Part shown: in pieces, positions 17,490 to 23,919 of the stretch
How positions within the stretch are numbered: position 1 is the stretch's first letter
Layout of the letters: every line of letters starts with the position of its first letter
IMG/VR virus record: IMGVR_UViG_3300032334_001488
Span: 2,502-66,501 of that record
Length of the DNA stretch: 64,000 nucleotides
Source: a virus
Direction: 5' to 3' (one strand)
Translations under genes and position numbers: made by a program
The notes under the pieces: generated by a model
The model's database searches: none
Seen by the model: the letters and a program-made list of their open reading frames with translations, nothing else
What the model was told of the DNA's origin: nothing

Positions 17490-17515
17490 AGCAGTTTAAC
17501 GTCATGCTTAGGACG
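17490..17515 (-). ncRNA. PK1 pseudoknot repeat, copy G
   Basis: CGUC-CUA-AGCA-U-GACG-UUAAAC-UGCU. Confidence 0.75.
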
Positions 17516-17597
17516 TGCAACTATTTTAAAGTTGCGACAATAGCACCAACTAAATAACCAAAAACAAAACTAGCAAGCATAAGTCCACTTGTCATAA

Positions 17598-17810
17598 CTA
17601 AAACAATTGAATGTTACGTTTTGATAAGCCTGTACCTGGTAGAGATACAGATGCCCGGACTCCTGAGTCGCGGGCATTAAGTGTTACTTGGAATGGTCCA
17701 AGTTTAATTGACTTACTAAATGATTTAATACCACGTTCAGTAATATTAAATCCAGCAATTGTTTTATCAAAGTTAATTGGTGATTTCTTAGTCATCGTTC
17801 CAAGTGTCAT
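17598..17810 (-). CDS. DUF4236-like small protein
   Basis: F.KSIKLGPF...LN...G...SVSLPGTGLS. Confidence 0.6.
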   Translation of the reverse strand: MTLGTMTKKSPINFDKTIAGFNITERGIKSFSKSIKLGPFQVTLNARDSGVRASVSLPGTGLSKRNIQLF

Positions 17811-18105
17811 ACTCTGCCACTACAAAACTTAACGTAAAACTTTCAAGTTCTTCATGAGTAGAATACCTAGCAACAAATCCACCTGACCCTGCAAATCCAC
17901 TTTTAATTGAACTAATCAATAATTGAGTAGCACTTTGTTTTAGTCTTGCAATAGTAGGTACGGCCATTAATTGATTTGTAATTGCATCTAATGATGTAAT
18001 CCATTTCCAATCAAGAGAAGTCATTGCAATGTGAACTTTTTCAAATTCAAACTCTTCAATAACATCATTGATTAAACTTAGTTGATGCTCAGTTGGTTTA
18101 GTCAT
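17788..18105 (-). CDS. Hypothetical phage protein
   Basis: FEFEKVH.AM..LDW.W...P....LK..A..LL motif. Confidence 0.6.
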   Translation of the reverse strand: MTKPTEHQLSLINDVIEEFEFEKVHIAMTSLDWKWITSLDAITNQLMAVPTIARLKQSATQLLISSIKSGFAGSGGFVARYSTHEELESFTLSFVVAEYDTWNDD

Positions 18106-18311
18106 TTCAAATGCTCCGGCATGAGTAACTTTTGGTCATCATCATCCATGTTGGACACAATAAACTTTTGTCCATCGGGGGCGACAAAGCCCCCGATGAA
18201 TCCAACACCTAATCGATCAGCAGATTCTTTCATCTTGGCAATGAACTGCATTGCTTCGAGTCGTTGCCGATCAATTGAATCAGGAATCTTTGGTAACTCA
18301 GGTCCAGTCAT
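18102..18311 (-). CDS. Hypothetical protein
   Basis: Coupled ORF. Confidence 0.55.
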   Translation of the reverse strand: MTGPELPKIPDSIDRQRLEAMQFIAKMKESADRLGVGFIGGFVAPDGQKFIVSNMDDDDQKLLMPEHLK

Positions 18312-18369
18312 GTGTTGATTTGTAATGTGTGTGTTGAAGCTATCGACACTGTCAATGGTAGCACAGCAG

Positions 18370-18485
18370 CAGGGAGCAGCCCCACCGGAGCGACCGGCAG
18401 GGCTGTTCTGTTACCCACTGTAGGAAACCTTAAAAACTACAGTGCCCTGAAATATGGAGCTGACAAGGTTCTTCTTCGCTCCATA
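18370..18485 (-). ncRNA. Candidate multi-stem structured RNA with kissing loops
   Basis: Two perfect 8-bp stems plus a GC-rich stem in a 180-nt intergenic gap; loops GAACCUU and AAGGUUU are complementary. Confidence 0.55.
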
Positions 18486-18491
18486 CATATA

Positions 18492-18836
18492 TTAGCTATG
18501 CATTGCTTGATGTTGTTGCCATGCAGCAGTATGCATTTCATCTAATGTGATAGGTGGTTCGCCAAAGCTATCACCTGGATCGCCAAAGTATAACAACACA
18601 TGATTTAATGCTTCAATTGCATCATGCAAATAATCTCGTTGTATATCCGCTAAGTTAGGTTCTTTAATCATATCTTCTAGAACATTTGTTATTAACTGAA
18701 GCTTAACCTCGGCGTCAGCTTGCACAACACGTTTGGTACCATCACGATTGATGATAACCTTTGGAACAAAATAGAGTTGATGCATGGTGTCCTCAGTAAT
18801 GAATGTGTACGCGAGCAATGCCATCCACTGGAACAC
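18492..18836 (-). CDS. Hypothetical protein (start probably later, MHQLY)
   Basis: Ends GEPPIT.DE.H.AAW. Confidence 0.55.
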   Translation of the reverse strand: MFQWMALLAYTFITEDTMHQLYFVPKVIINRDGTKRVVQADAEVKLQLITNVLEDMIKEPNLADIQRDYLHDAIEALNHVLLYFGDPGDSFGEPPITLDEMHTAAWQQHQAMHS

Positions 18837-19119
18837 CCAGTATCTTGGCAGCTCGATAGCTTAGGTCAATGCTGTCACACTCACATCGATCTGTGATTGG
18901 AACAACCAATGTCCTACCTCTGTACTGCACCTCGACTTGTGTGCCGCATGGCAACCAAGGATGTGCAGCACTGACTTTGTTATCACGGTATGTTCCACCG
19001 CAATAGTCTGGTCTACCGTCATACCACTGGTGATAGACAGTGGCAATCACTGGTCTTGCCTGTGCTGGTAAGCAGTTCAGTACTGCAAGTGTAATGAGGA
19101 ATAGTCTTGAAGTAATCAT
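18793..19119 (-). CDS. RlpA-like double-psi beta-barrel (lytic transglycosylase-like) with signal peptide
   Basis: ATVY..WY.G....G..Y.....SAAHPWLPCGT.V.V......VV.ITDR.....IDLS..AA..LG. Confidence 0.85.
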   Translation of the reverse strand: MITSRLFLITLAVLNCLPAQARPVIATVYHQWYDGRPDYCGGTYRDNKVSAAHPWLPCGTQVEVQYRGRTLVVPITDRCECDSIDLSYRAAKILGVPVDGIARVHIHY

Positions 19120-19140
19120 GTGTTAAAGCAATGGGATAGT

Positions 19141-19190
19141 CCTATAAAGATCAAAGGATTCCCTGGTAGATCTTTACGGGGGTGTGGGGG
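19141..19190 (-). repeat. CCCCACACCCC/UACCAGGGA hairpin element, copy 1
   Basis: CCCCCACACCCCC-GUAAAGAUC-UACCAGGGAAUCCUUU-GAUCUUUAU. Confidence 0.5.
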
Positions 19191-19254
19191 GTTGGTCAGT
19201 AGTTATCCGACAGGACCCCAGTGATAGACTGATTAAAACATTAGACATACGTAT

Positions 19255-19830
19255 ATGCCTAACCCATCTTTCTTTGATGCAATGGAAGCCAATGGCGGCA
19301 TGCGCTTTGGTCCACCCAGTTTACCAGATGCCCCAGGCATGTCGCCACAGCAGTACGTACAAAACTTAAGACTTAAAGCAGGCTATAACAATACCTGGGG
19401 CACAAACATCGGAGCTGAATACGAACCAAACACAGGTACTTTTAAAGGTAATGTAGACATTCCACTTGGCTCCCATGCTACTGGCTGGAAAGCAGGAGTA
19501 AGTGCATATGCTCGCCCTAGTTTTATGGGTGGCCCTACTGATACTGGAGCTATGTTTACTTTAGGAAAGAAAACATTAGAGCAAGTTGATACTGCAGATG
19601 TATTGAATAGGGTAAGCCCTAGTCTCAGAACCTTGTTAGAAAATAATCCTGCTGCCGCAGAAGAATTGCGCATGCAAGAGTTTAATCGTCGAAATAATTT
19701 TAATCAACCTGGTACAGATAAGTTTAAATTTTATGGAGGCTTTGATACTAATACTCCAGGTGGCCCACCTAATCCCCAACAATTCCTTCGTCAAAATATT
19801 CAACAAGGATTAGGTGCACCTAACGAATAA
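19255..19830 (+). CDS. Hypothetical G/P/Q-rich protein with a central beta-strand-rich segment
   Basis: Sole long plus-strand ORF inside the early arm; protein-like composition. Confidence 0.7.
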   Translation: MPNPSFFDAMEANGGMRFGPPSLPDAPGMSPQQYVQNLRLKAGYNNTWGTNIGAEYEPNTGTFKGNVDIPLGSHATGWKAGVSAYARPSFMGGPTDTGAMFTLGKKTLEQVDTADVLNRVSPSLRTLLENNPAAAEELRMQEFNRRNNFNQPGTDKFKFYGGFDTNTPGGPPNPQQFLRQNIQQGLGAPNE

Positions 19831-19833
19831 AAA

Positions 19834-20028
19834 TTACGTGTGCTCACCCATGTCAGCACGGTATGCTTCATCGTATAACCAACCAGTACATCGGTTGGTA
19901 CCAAACTCCTGCACCATGCGTCTCCGTATGACTTCTAGCATGGCGCCATAGTCTAACCAATCCATTTGTGGTGCAAGCCCACGACTGATTAGTTCACATT
20001 CCATGTCACGCCACAATGGTGCAGTCAT
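19834..20028 (-). CDS. Hypothetical protein
   Basis: GAGG RBS; PLWR.M...WL..EA.RA pattern. Confidence 0.6.
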   Translation of the reverse strand: MTAPLWRDMECELISRGLAPQMDWLDYGAMLEVIRRRMVQEFGTNRCTGWLYDEAYRADMGEHT

Positions 20029-20039
20029 TGGTTAATACC

Positions 20040-20393
20040 TCAAACTAAACTGAGAAGCCTAAGCCAGGAGTCTGGGTGATCGTGTTCGACTTCGTCACCC
20101 GCCGGGGTCGGGCAGCACGAGTCGAAGGTCCACTCTTCGATGTCTTCAAGGTCTGGGACATCGTACCATCCTGCAAGTTCGTCGTGTTCTTCAGAGGTGT
20201 AGTTGGCTCCTTGTGGAGCCCAGAAGCAACGCAAGATTCCTTGTTTGTTGCGGTAGACATCTCCGTTGTACGGAACTGCTGGAGCACCTGGGTAGGTGAC
20301 TTCGACTGGATACTGTTCACTCCCTTCCTCTTCGGTAAGGGGTTCGTAGCTAAGGGCTTGGGCAATGAGCTGTTGTTCCGGCGTAAGAGCCAT
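20040..20393 (-). CDS. Hypothetical acidic protein
   Basis: GGAG RBS before MALTPEQQ; ends C.TP.GD.VE.DHPDSWL.LL.LV. Confidence 0.65.
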   Translation of the reverse strand: MALTPEQQLIAQALSYEPLTEEEGSEQYPVEVTYPGAPAVPYNGDVYRNKQGILRCFWAPQGANYTSEEHDELAGWYDVPDLEDIEEWTFDSCCPTPAGDEVEHDHPDSWLRLLSLV

Positions 20394-20503
20394 GATGCAA
20401 TCTCCGTAATGAGTTGGATGAATAGAATGCTGAGGCAGTAAATGACACCGATACACACAGTGAGTGTATCGTATGTGTCAATGGACTTTGCTTTGGTTGT
20501 CAT
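20045..20503 (-). CDS. Hypothetical protein with an N-terminal TM helix, overlapping the previous gene
   Basis: GGAGG RBS before MTTKAKS; hydrophobic segment; low-complexity tail. Confidence 0.45.
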   Translation of the reverse strand: MTTKAKSIDTYDTLTVCIGVIYCLSILFIQLITEIASWLLRRNNSSLPKPLATNPLPKRKGVNSIQSKSPTQVLQQFRTTEMSTATNKESCVASGLHKEPTTPLKNTTNLQDGTMSQTLKTSKSGPSTRAARPRRVTKSNTITQTPGLGFSV

Positions 20504-20691
20504 GAACAATCCTCCAATTGTGTTGTGTTGATTTGCTGACATTCCGATAGTTGATCTTGTGTCCAAGCCATTGGCATGTCGTCTTCATCTAGTTCTTCTT
20601 GCATGGCCATACGTTGGTAGTACGCCATGTCTGCTAGTACTTCCCAATGATCAGACCATTCCTGATCAAAAGTTTCCACTGGTTGATGCAC
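20500..20691 (-). CDS. Hypothetical acidic protein (GTG start)
   Basis: GGAGG RBS then GTG at 20691; the ORF-track start lies inside PK1 copy H. Confidence 0.55.
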   Translation of the reverse strand: MHQPVETFDQEWSDHWEVLADMAYYQRMAMQEELDEDDMPMAWTQDQLSECQQINTTQLEDCS

Positions 20692-20717
20692 TGAGTTACC
20701 TCCGAATGAATGTGGGT

Positions 20718-20747
20718 TGAGCCAGTTTAACGTCATAGCTCAGGACG
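20718..20747 (-). ncRNA. PK1 pseudoknot repeat, copy H
   Basis: CGUC-C-UGAGCUA-U-GACG-UUAAAC-UGGCUCA. Confidence 0.8.
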
Positions 20748-20748
20748 T

Positions 20749-20807
20749 ACACCTCCATAGATAACAGCCTTCTCCCTGGTAGTGGCTGTCACTACGGGGT
20801 GTGGGGG
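20749..20807 (-). repeat. CCCCACACCCC/UACCAGGGA hairpin element, copy 2
   Basis: CCCCCACACCCCGUAG-UGACAGCC-ACUACCAGGGAGAA-GGCUGUUA-U-CUAUGG. Confidence 0.5.
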
Positions 20808-20817
20808 TCAGTTTCTG

Positions 20818-21183
20818 TTATCCTTCAATATGCCAGGTAATAGTTGACTTACCTTTCTTAATAGTTATGACTACACCCTGTCCCCCTGGAACAATAGTCA
20901 CATGATCAGGGTTTACTATATCAATTTGCTCTGTCAATATTTGTGACTGACTTGATTCCAATGGGAGAATTTCTGCAATATCATGGGGGCTAGAACGTTT
21001 AGCTTCCATCCAAAAACTACCGTTCCAACTACCGTTCCTTGTATAGCTGTACCCATTTACTGAGTGTGTGTATATTTCGTTTCCATCTATTACTCCATCG
21101 TATATACCAATCTTTCCACTACGAAACTTAACTTTCTGCCCTGGTACACAACAGTCAAGATTAATGCCGGATTGAGTGGTCAT
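20818..21183 (-). CDS. Hypothetical protein
   Basis: PGQKV.FRSG...YTRNG...S.HDI.EI pattern. Confidence 0.6.
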   Translation of the reverse strand: MTTQSGINLDCCVPGQKVKFRSGKIGIYDGVIDGNEIYTHSVNGYSYTRNGSWNGSFWMEAKRSSPHDIAEILPLESSQSQILTEQIDIVNPDHVTIVPGGQGVVITIKKGKSTITWHIEG

Positions 21184-21223
21184 GCTAGTACTGCATCGGT
21201 GTGGGTGATTAGTTCTTGTGTAA

Positions 21224-21466
21224 TCAATTTATGTTACACATCTTAAGAACAGCAATGGCATAATCTTTGTCAGTAGCAAAAGGATCTTCAAATACAGTGA
21301 CAGCCAACGCCATCAACTCATTATCAGTTGGTCGTTTCTTTGGTGATGTAGCTAAAGCCGCATTAGCGCGATCAACTAGTTCCATTGTTTGGGTATGGGT
21401 GCGGTCGTACTTACAAATTTCAACAAACTCAGCGCATAATGCACGAAAGTCAGGAGTGTTTGTCAT
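21224..21466 (-). CDS. Hypothetical phage protein
   Basis: DFRALCAE...RA.AALA...PTD.EL motif. Confidence 0.65.
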   Translation of the reverse strand: MTNTPDFRALCAEFVEICKYDRTHTQTMELVDRANAALATSPKKRPTDNELMALAVTVFEDPFATDKDYAIAVLKMCNIN

Positions 21467-21469
21467 GGC

Positions 21470-21706
21470 TTAAAAAAGAATAGCGTCAGTGTGGGTAATT
21501 AGTTCTTGTACGGTAACGACACCGTACTCATGCATATCGTCAAGTGTTAGCTCGTCGATAGGATCATAGTCATCTGTCTGGTTTTCAATTACTTCACATC
21601 CCACCTCTTCGAGCTGGTCAACGAAGCAAGACCAGTCTATAGCAGTGCCGTAGACATGGGCATAACGCCCTGTCATATCAGCAATCAATGCAACATAAGT
21701 TTGCAT
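21470..21706 (-). CDS. Hypothetical protein
   Basis: GAGG RBS before MQTYVAL. Confidence 0.6.
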   Translation of the reverse strand: MQTYVALIADMTGRYAHVYGTAIDWSCFVDQLEEVGCEVIENQTDDYDPIDELTLDDMHEYGVVTVQELITHTDAILF

Positions 21707-21852
21707 TAGTAACCTCGTGTAGTAGTTTGAATGTATGCAGCAGAACAATTTGTCCGTTGCAATGTAGCAAAAGCTGCCGTTACAATGCCAATTAAAATAA
21801 CATAAGCTAAGACTTTGCTTGCGTAAAACTTAAATGAATCTATGGGATACAT
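21706..21852 (-). CDS. Small membrane protein (48 aa)
   Basis: MYPIDSFKFYASKVLAYVILIGIVTAAFATLQR...; stop overlaps the next start. Confidence 0.5.
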   Translation of the reverse strand: MYPIDSFKFYASKVLAYVILIGIVTAAFATLQRTNCSAAYIQTTTRGY

Positions 21853-21860
21853 TTGAATTT

Positions 21861-22175
21861 TCATGGTGTAATCCACTCGTAATCACTTGGTTCATATACT
21901 GTTTCTGACCCATCATATTCTTCAATACGATAAGGGCCAAACACTTGTGCAATTTTTAAATCAGAACCACAGCCATTAGCTTTTTTGCCAAGTTCTTGTA
22001 CGACTTGCACTAAGATTGGATTGTGACGAGCACAATCATATAAGTATGCACAATTGTTGTGAAGACTGTTGATACTAGTTTCGCCTGTAAATCCTAACTC
22101 TTTCATTCTTGTTAAAGCTTCAGCTGAAATACTGAATCCTCCATAACAAGCGTTGTAAACAACTTTGGTAAGCAT
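21861..22175 (-). CDS. Conserved phage protein
   Basis: KVVYNACYGGF..S.EA...RH.P.LVQVV.ELG..ANG....L....Y.IEEYDG.E; GGAGG RBS. Confidence 0.75.
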   Translation of the reverse strand: MLTKVVYNACYGGFSISAEALTRMKELGFTGETSINSLHNNCAYLYDCARHNPILVQVVQELGKKANGCGSDLKIAQVFGPYRIEEYDGSETVYEPSDYEWITP

Positions 22176-22200
22176 TGAATCCTCCTTGAGTTAAGTGTGC

Positions 22201-22248
22201 GCAGAACCTTGTGAGTTCTGCAGAGGGCCATTGCTGGCCCAGTGCAGA
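22201..22248 (-). ncRNA. Alternative-pairing hairpin repeat, copy i
   Basis: UCUGCA-CU-GGGCCA-GCAA-UGGCCC-UC-UGCAGAAC-UCACAAG-GUUCUGC. Confidence 0.7.
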
Positions 22249-22251
22249 CTT

Positions 22252-22398
22252 CTACCAGTCGTAGATACGCACCACGTTTAACTCAACAGGTGATCTGTTG
22301 AGCAACTCTGCGCCTGTGACCAAGGCTTCTGTCTTTGTACGGGCATAGAGCTCTACAACAGAATCCTGGTACCACACTCGCCATAGTGTGCGTTCCAT
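22252..22398 (-). CDS. Small hypothetical protein (48 aa)
   Basis: MERTLWRVWYQDSVVELYA...; GAGGAG RBS. Confidence 0.55.
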   Translation of the reverse strand: MERTLWRVWYQDSVVELYARTKTEALVTGAELLNRSPVELNVVRIYDW

Positions 22399-22655
22399 CA
22401 CTCCTCAATGCCATAGGCCTGTTCCCACTTAAGGAACTCCCTATTGCATTGTACTTTCTGTTCTAGTACAGCACAGATAGGCATTAGATCAGTAAACTGA
22501 GTTATCCCATCTTGAAACTGATAAAACAACTCTAGTGCTTGTTGTCTAAGCTTTTCGATTTCCCAATCAATGCATGGGTGTGCACTGGTTGAATCTCGAC
22601 GAGCAAGCAGCCTGACACGCTGAGTTAATAACTCTTCAACGTAGGAAATTTCCAT
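22398..22655 (-). CDS. Hypothetical protein
   Basis: Helical ORF downstream of hairpin repeat ii. Confidence 0.6.
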   Translation of the reverse strand: MEISYVEELLTQRVRLLARRDSTSAHPCIDWEIEKLRQQALELFYQFQDGITQFTDLMPICAVLEQKVQCNREFLKWEQAYGIEE

Positions 22656-22678
22656 GGTGTTGAATTGAGGTGTACTAA

Positions 22679-22724
22679 GCAGACAATGAAGTCTGCAGAG
22701 AGGGCCGTAGCCCTCAGTGCAAAC
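22679..22724 (-). ncRNA. Alternative-pairing hairpin repeat, copy ii
   Basis: GUUUGCA-CU-GAGGGC-UACG-GCCCUC-UC-UGCAGAC-UUCAUU-GUCUGC. Confidence 0.7.
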
Positions 22725-22725
22725 G

Positions 22726-22947
22726 TCAGTCGCCTAGCTCTGCAAAGAAAGCTTTGGCTAGCTCTTGTGCTTGTAACCAGGCTGTTACTGACATGACTGC
22801 CAGCAAAGGCATGGTTGCACTATTAGAACCAGCAGCTTTCCATTCAAAGCTAAGCTCTAAAGCATACTCTTGTGCTTGCTCTTCTGTTTCGAAGAGCTCT
22901 GGTTCCCCATTTACAGCACAAACGTATGCATTCTTAATGAGTGACAT
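22726..22947 (-). CDS. Hypothetical protein, paralog of 23010..23162
   Basis: YVCAVNGEP.LF...A..Y..EL......G....MP.L. Confidence 0.6.
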   Translation of the reverse strand: MSLIKNAYVCAVNGEPELFETEEQAQEYALELSFEWKAAGSNSATMPLLAVMSVTAWLQAQELAKAFFAELGD

Positions 22948-22970
22948 TGAATTAATTTGCAATAGGATGC

Positions 22971-22999
22971 ATGCGTTATTACAGAGACGCATCCCTCTG
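22971..22999 (-). ncRNA. PK2 pseudoknot repeat, copy 1
   Basis: CAGAG-GG-AUGCGU-CUCUG-UAAUA-ACGCAU. Confidence 0.6.
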
Positions 23000-23009
23000 G
23001 CGTTGATGC

Positions 23010-23162
23010 TTAATCTATGCTACAAAATAATAAACAAGGCATCTCCTTGCCTTCTGCAATTAACTTAGCCTCCAGCTCTTTTGAAAAGCTGGAGGCTTCA
23101 TCCATATCTTTGAAGAATATGGGTGCATCATTGTAAATGCACACGTATTCGTAGTTGTCCAT
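23010..23162 (-). CDS. Hypothetical protein, paralog of 22726..22947
   Basis: YVCIYNDAP.FF...A..F..EL......G..MP.L. Confidence 0.55.
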   Translation of the reverse strand: MDNYEYVCIYNDAPIFFKDMDEASSFSKELEAKLIAEGKEMPCLLFCSID

Positions 23163-23183
23163 GTGTTGAATGCAATGGGATGT

Positions 23184-23212
23184 ATGCGTTATTACAGAGA
23201 CGCATCCCTCTG
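23184..23212 (-). ncRNA. PK2 pseudoknot repeat, copy 2
   Basis: Identical 29-nt core to 22971..22999. Confidence 0.6.
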
Positions 23213-23217
23213 GGGCA

Positions 23218-23373
23218 TCAAACAATAGGACGTATGTCCTTGGGTTGAATCCAGTCAGCTAACTTACGTCGTACTGCACGAATGTCAGCTTGGATCATCT
23301 CCTTCGTTTGATCCTTCTCTAGCTTGACTGCTGTTGCCAGCAGTACATTAGACAGGAACTTACGTACAGCCAT
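23218..23373 (-). CDS. Small hypothetical protein (51 aa)
   Basis: MAVRKFLSNVLLATAVKLEK...; AGGAG RBS. Confidence 0.6.
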   Translation of the reverse strand: MAVRKFLSNVLLATAVKLEKDQTKEMIQADIRAVRRKLADWIQPKDIRPIV

Positions 23374-23393
23374 GATGCTCCTTGGTAAATGAA

Positions 23394-23438
23394 GCAGACT
23401 TGAGGTCTGCAGAAAGGGCCGTAGCCCTTAGTGCAAAC
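23394..23438 (-). ncRNA. Alternative-pairing hairpin repeat, copy iii
   Basis: GUUUGCA-CU-AAGGGC-UACG-GCCCUU-UC-UGCAGAC-CUCAA-GUCUGC. Confidence 0.7.
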
Positions 23439-23439
23439 G

Positions 23440-23631
23440 TCAGATCTTGTAGCCGTTCGCTACACACCACTTAGATGTGGCGACTGCCTTATCGGCAGGC
23501 CAATCGTGTGTACGGCATTGTGCTGCCGTTGCTTTATCCAGGGCTTTAACACCCACTGTCGCCATGACTCCTGTAACTGCTAGCCATGGTGCGACCATGG
23601 CAATGTACAGTGCGATGACTTGCTTAGCCAC
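23440..23631 (-). CDS. Small membrane-anchored protein (GTG start)
   Basis: AGGAG RBS; TM segment; QC.THDWP...WC..NGY motif. Confidence 0.6.
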   Translation of the reverse strand: MAKQVIALYIAMVAPWLAVTGVMATVGVKALDKATAAQCRTHDWPADKAVATSKWCVANGYKI

Positions 23632-23647
23632 AGGAATCTCCTGTTGT

Positions 23648-23671
23648 GCGGTGCCTATCTCCGCTGGAGGC
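23648..23671 (-). ncRNA. PK3 SD-proximal pseudoknot, copy 1
   Basis: GCCU-CCA-GCGG-AGAU-AGGC-A-CCGC followed by AGGAG. Confidence 0.7.
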
Positions 23672-23701
23672 AATTGCTAGTCCCGGCATCACGCCTGGTA
23701 C

Positions 23702-23833
23702 TCAGTTGTACTTACTCAGTGCTAACTGAATAAGCTCTTTAACCACTTCGCGGGAGAGTGGATACAGTAATGTTGTGCGCCATGTGCGCAATACAACCTC
23801 TCGTTGAGCACGAGGTAGATTAATGTAGCTCAC
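23702..23833 (-). CDS. Small hypothetical protein (43 aa, GTG start)
   Basis: AGGAG RBS; MSYINLPRAQREVVLRTW... Confidence 0.5.
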   Translation of the reverse strand: MSYINLPRAQREVVLRTWRTTLLYPLSREVVKELIQLALSKYN

Positions 23834-23850
23834 AGAAAACTCCTGTGTGT

Positions 23851-23874
23851 GCGGTGCCTATCTCCGCTGGAGGC
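23851..23874 (-). ncRNA. PK3 SD-proximal pseudoknot, copy 2
   Basis: Identical 24-nt core to copy 1. Confidence 0.7.
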
Positions 23875-23919
23875 AATAACTGTGGGAGGGTTTGCACCCC
23901 CCAGCATCACGCATGGTAC

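Noticed and set aside
20692-20736. ORF-track N-terminal extensions running through RNA elements (also 22948-22992, 23163-23225, 23632-23673, 24581-24628, 44323-44367)
   Set aside because: Better starts lie downstream, several with an RBS; the extensions merely translate the structured spacers or a terminator
5034-20747. PK1 repeats as a CRISPR array or attC-type integron sites
   Set aside because: The copies are dispersed and separated by whole genes, with no regular spacers and no cas or integrase gene. The pairing pattern is a pseudoknot, not an attC hairpin.
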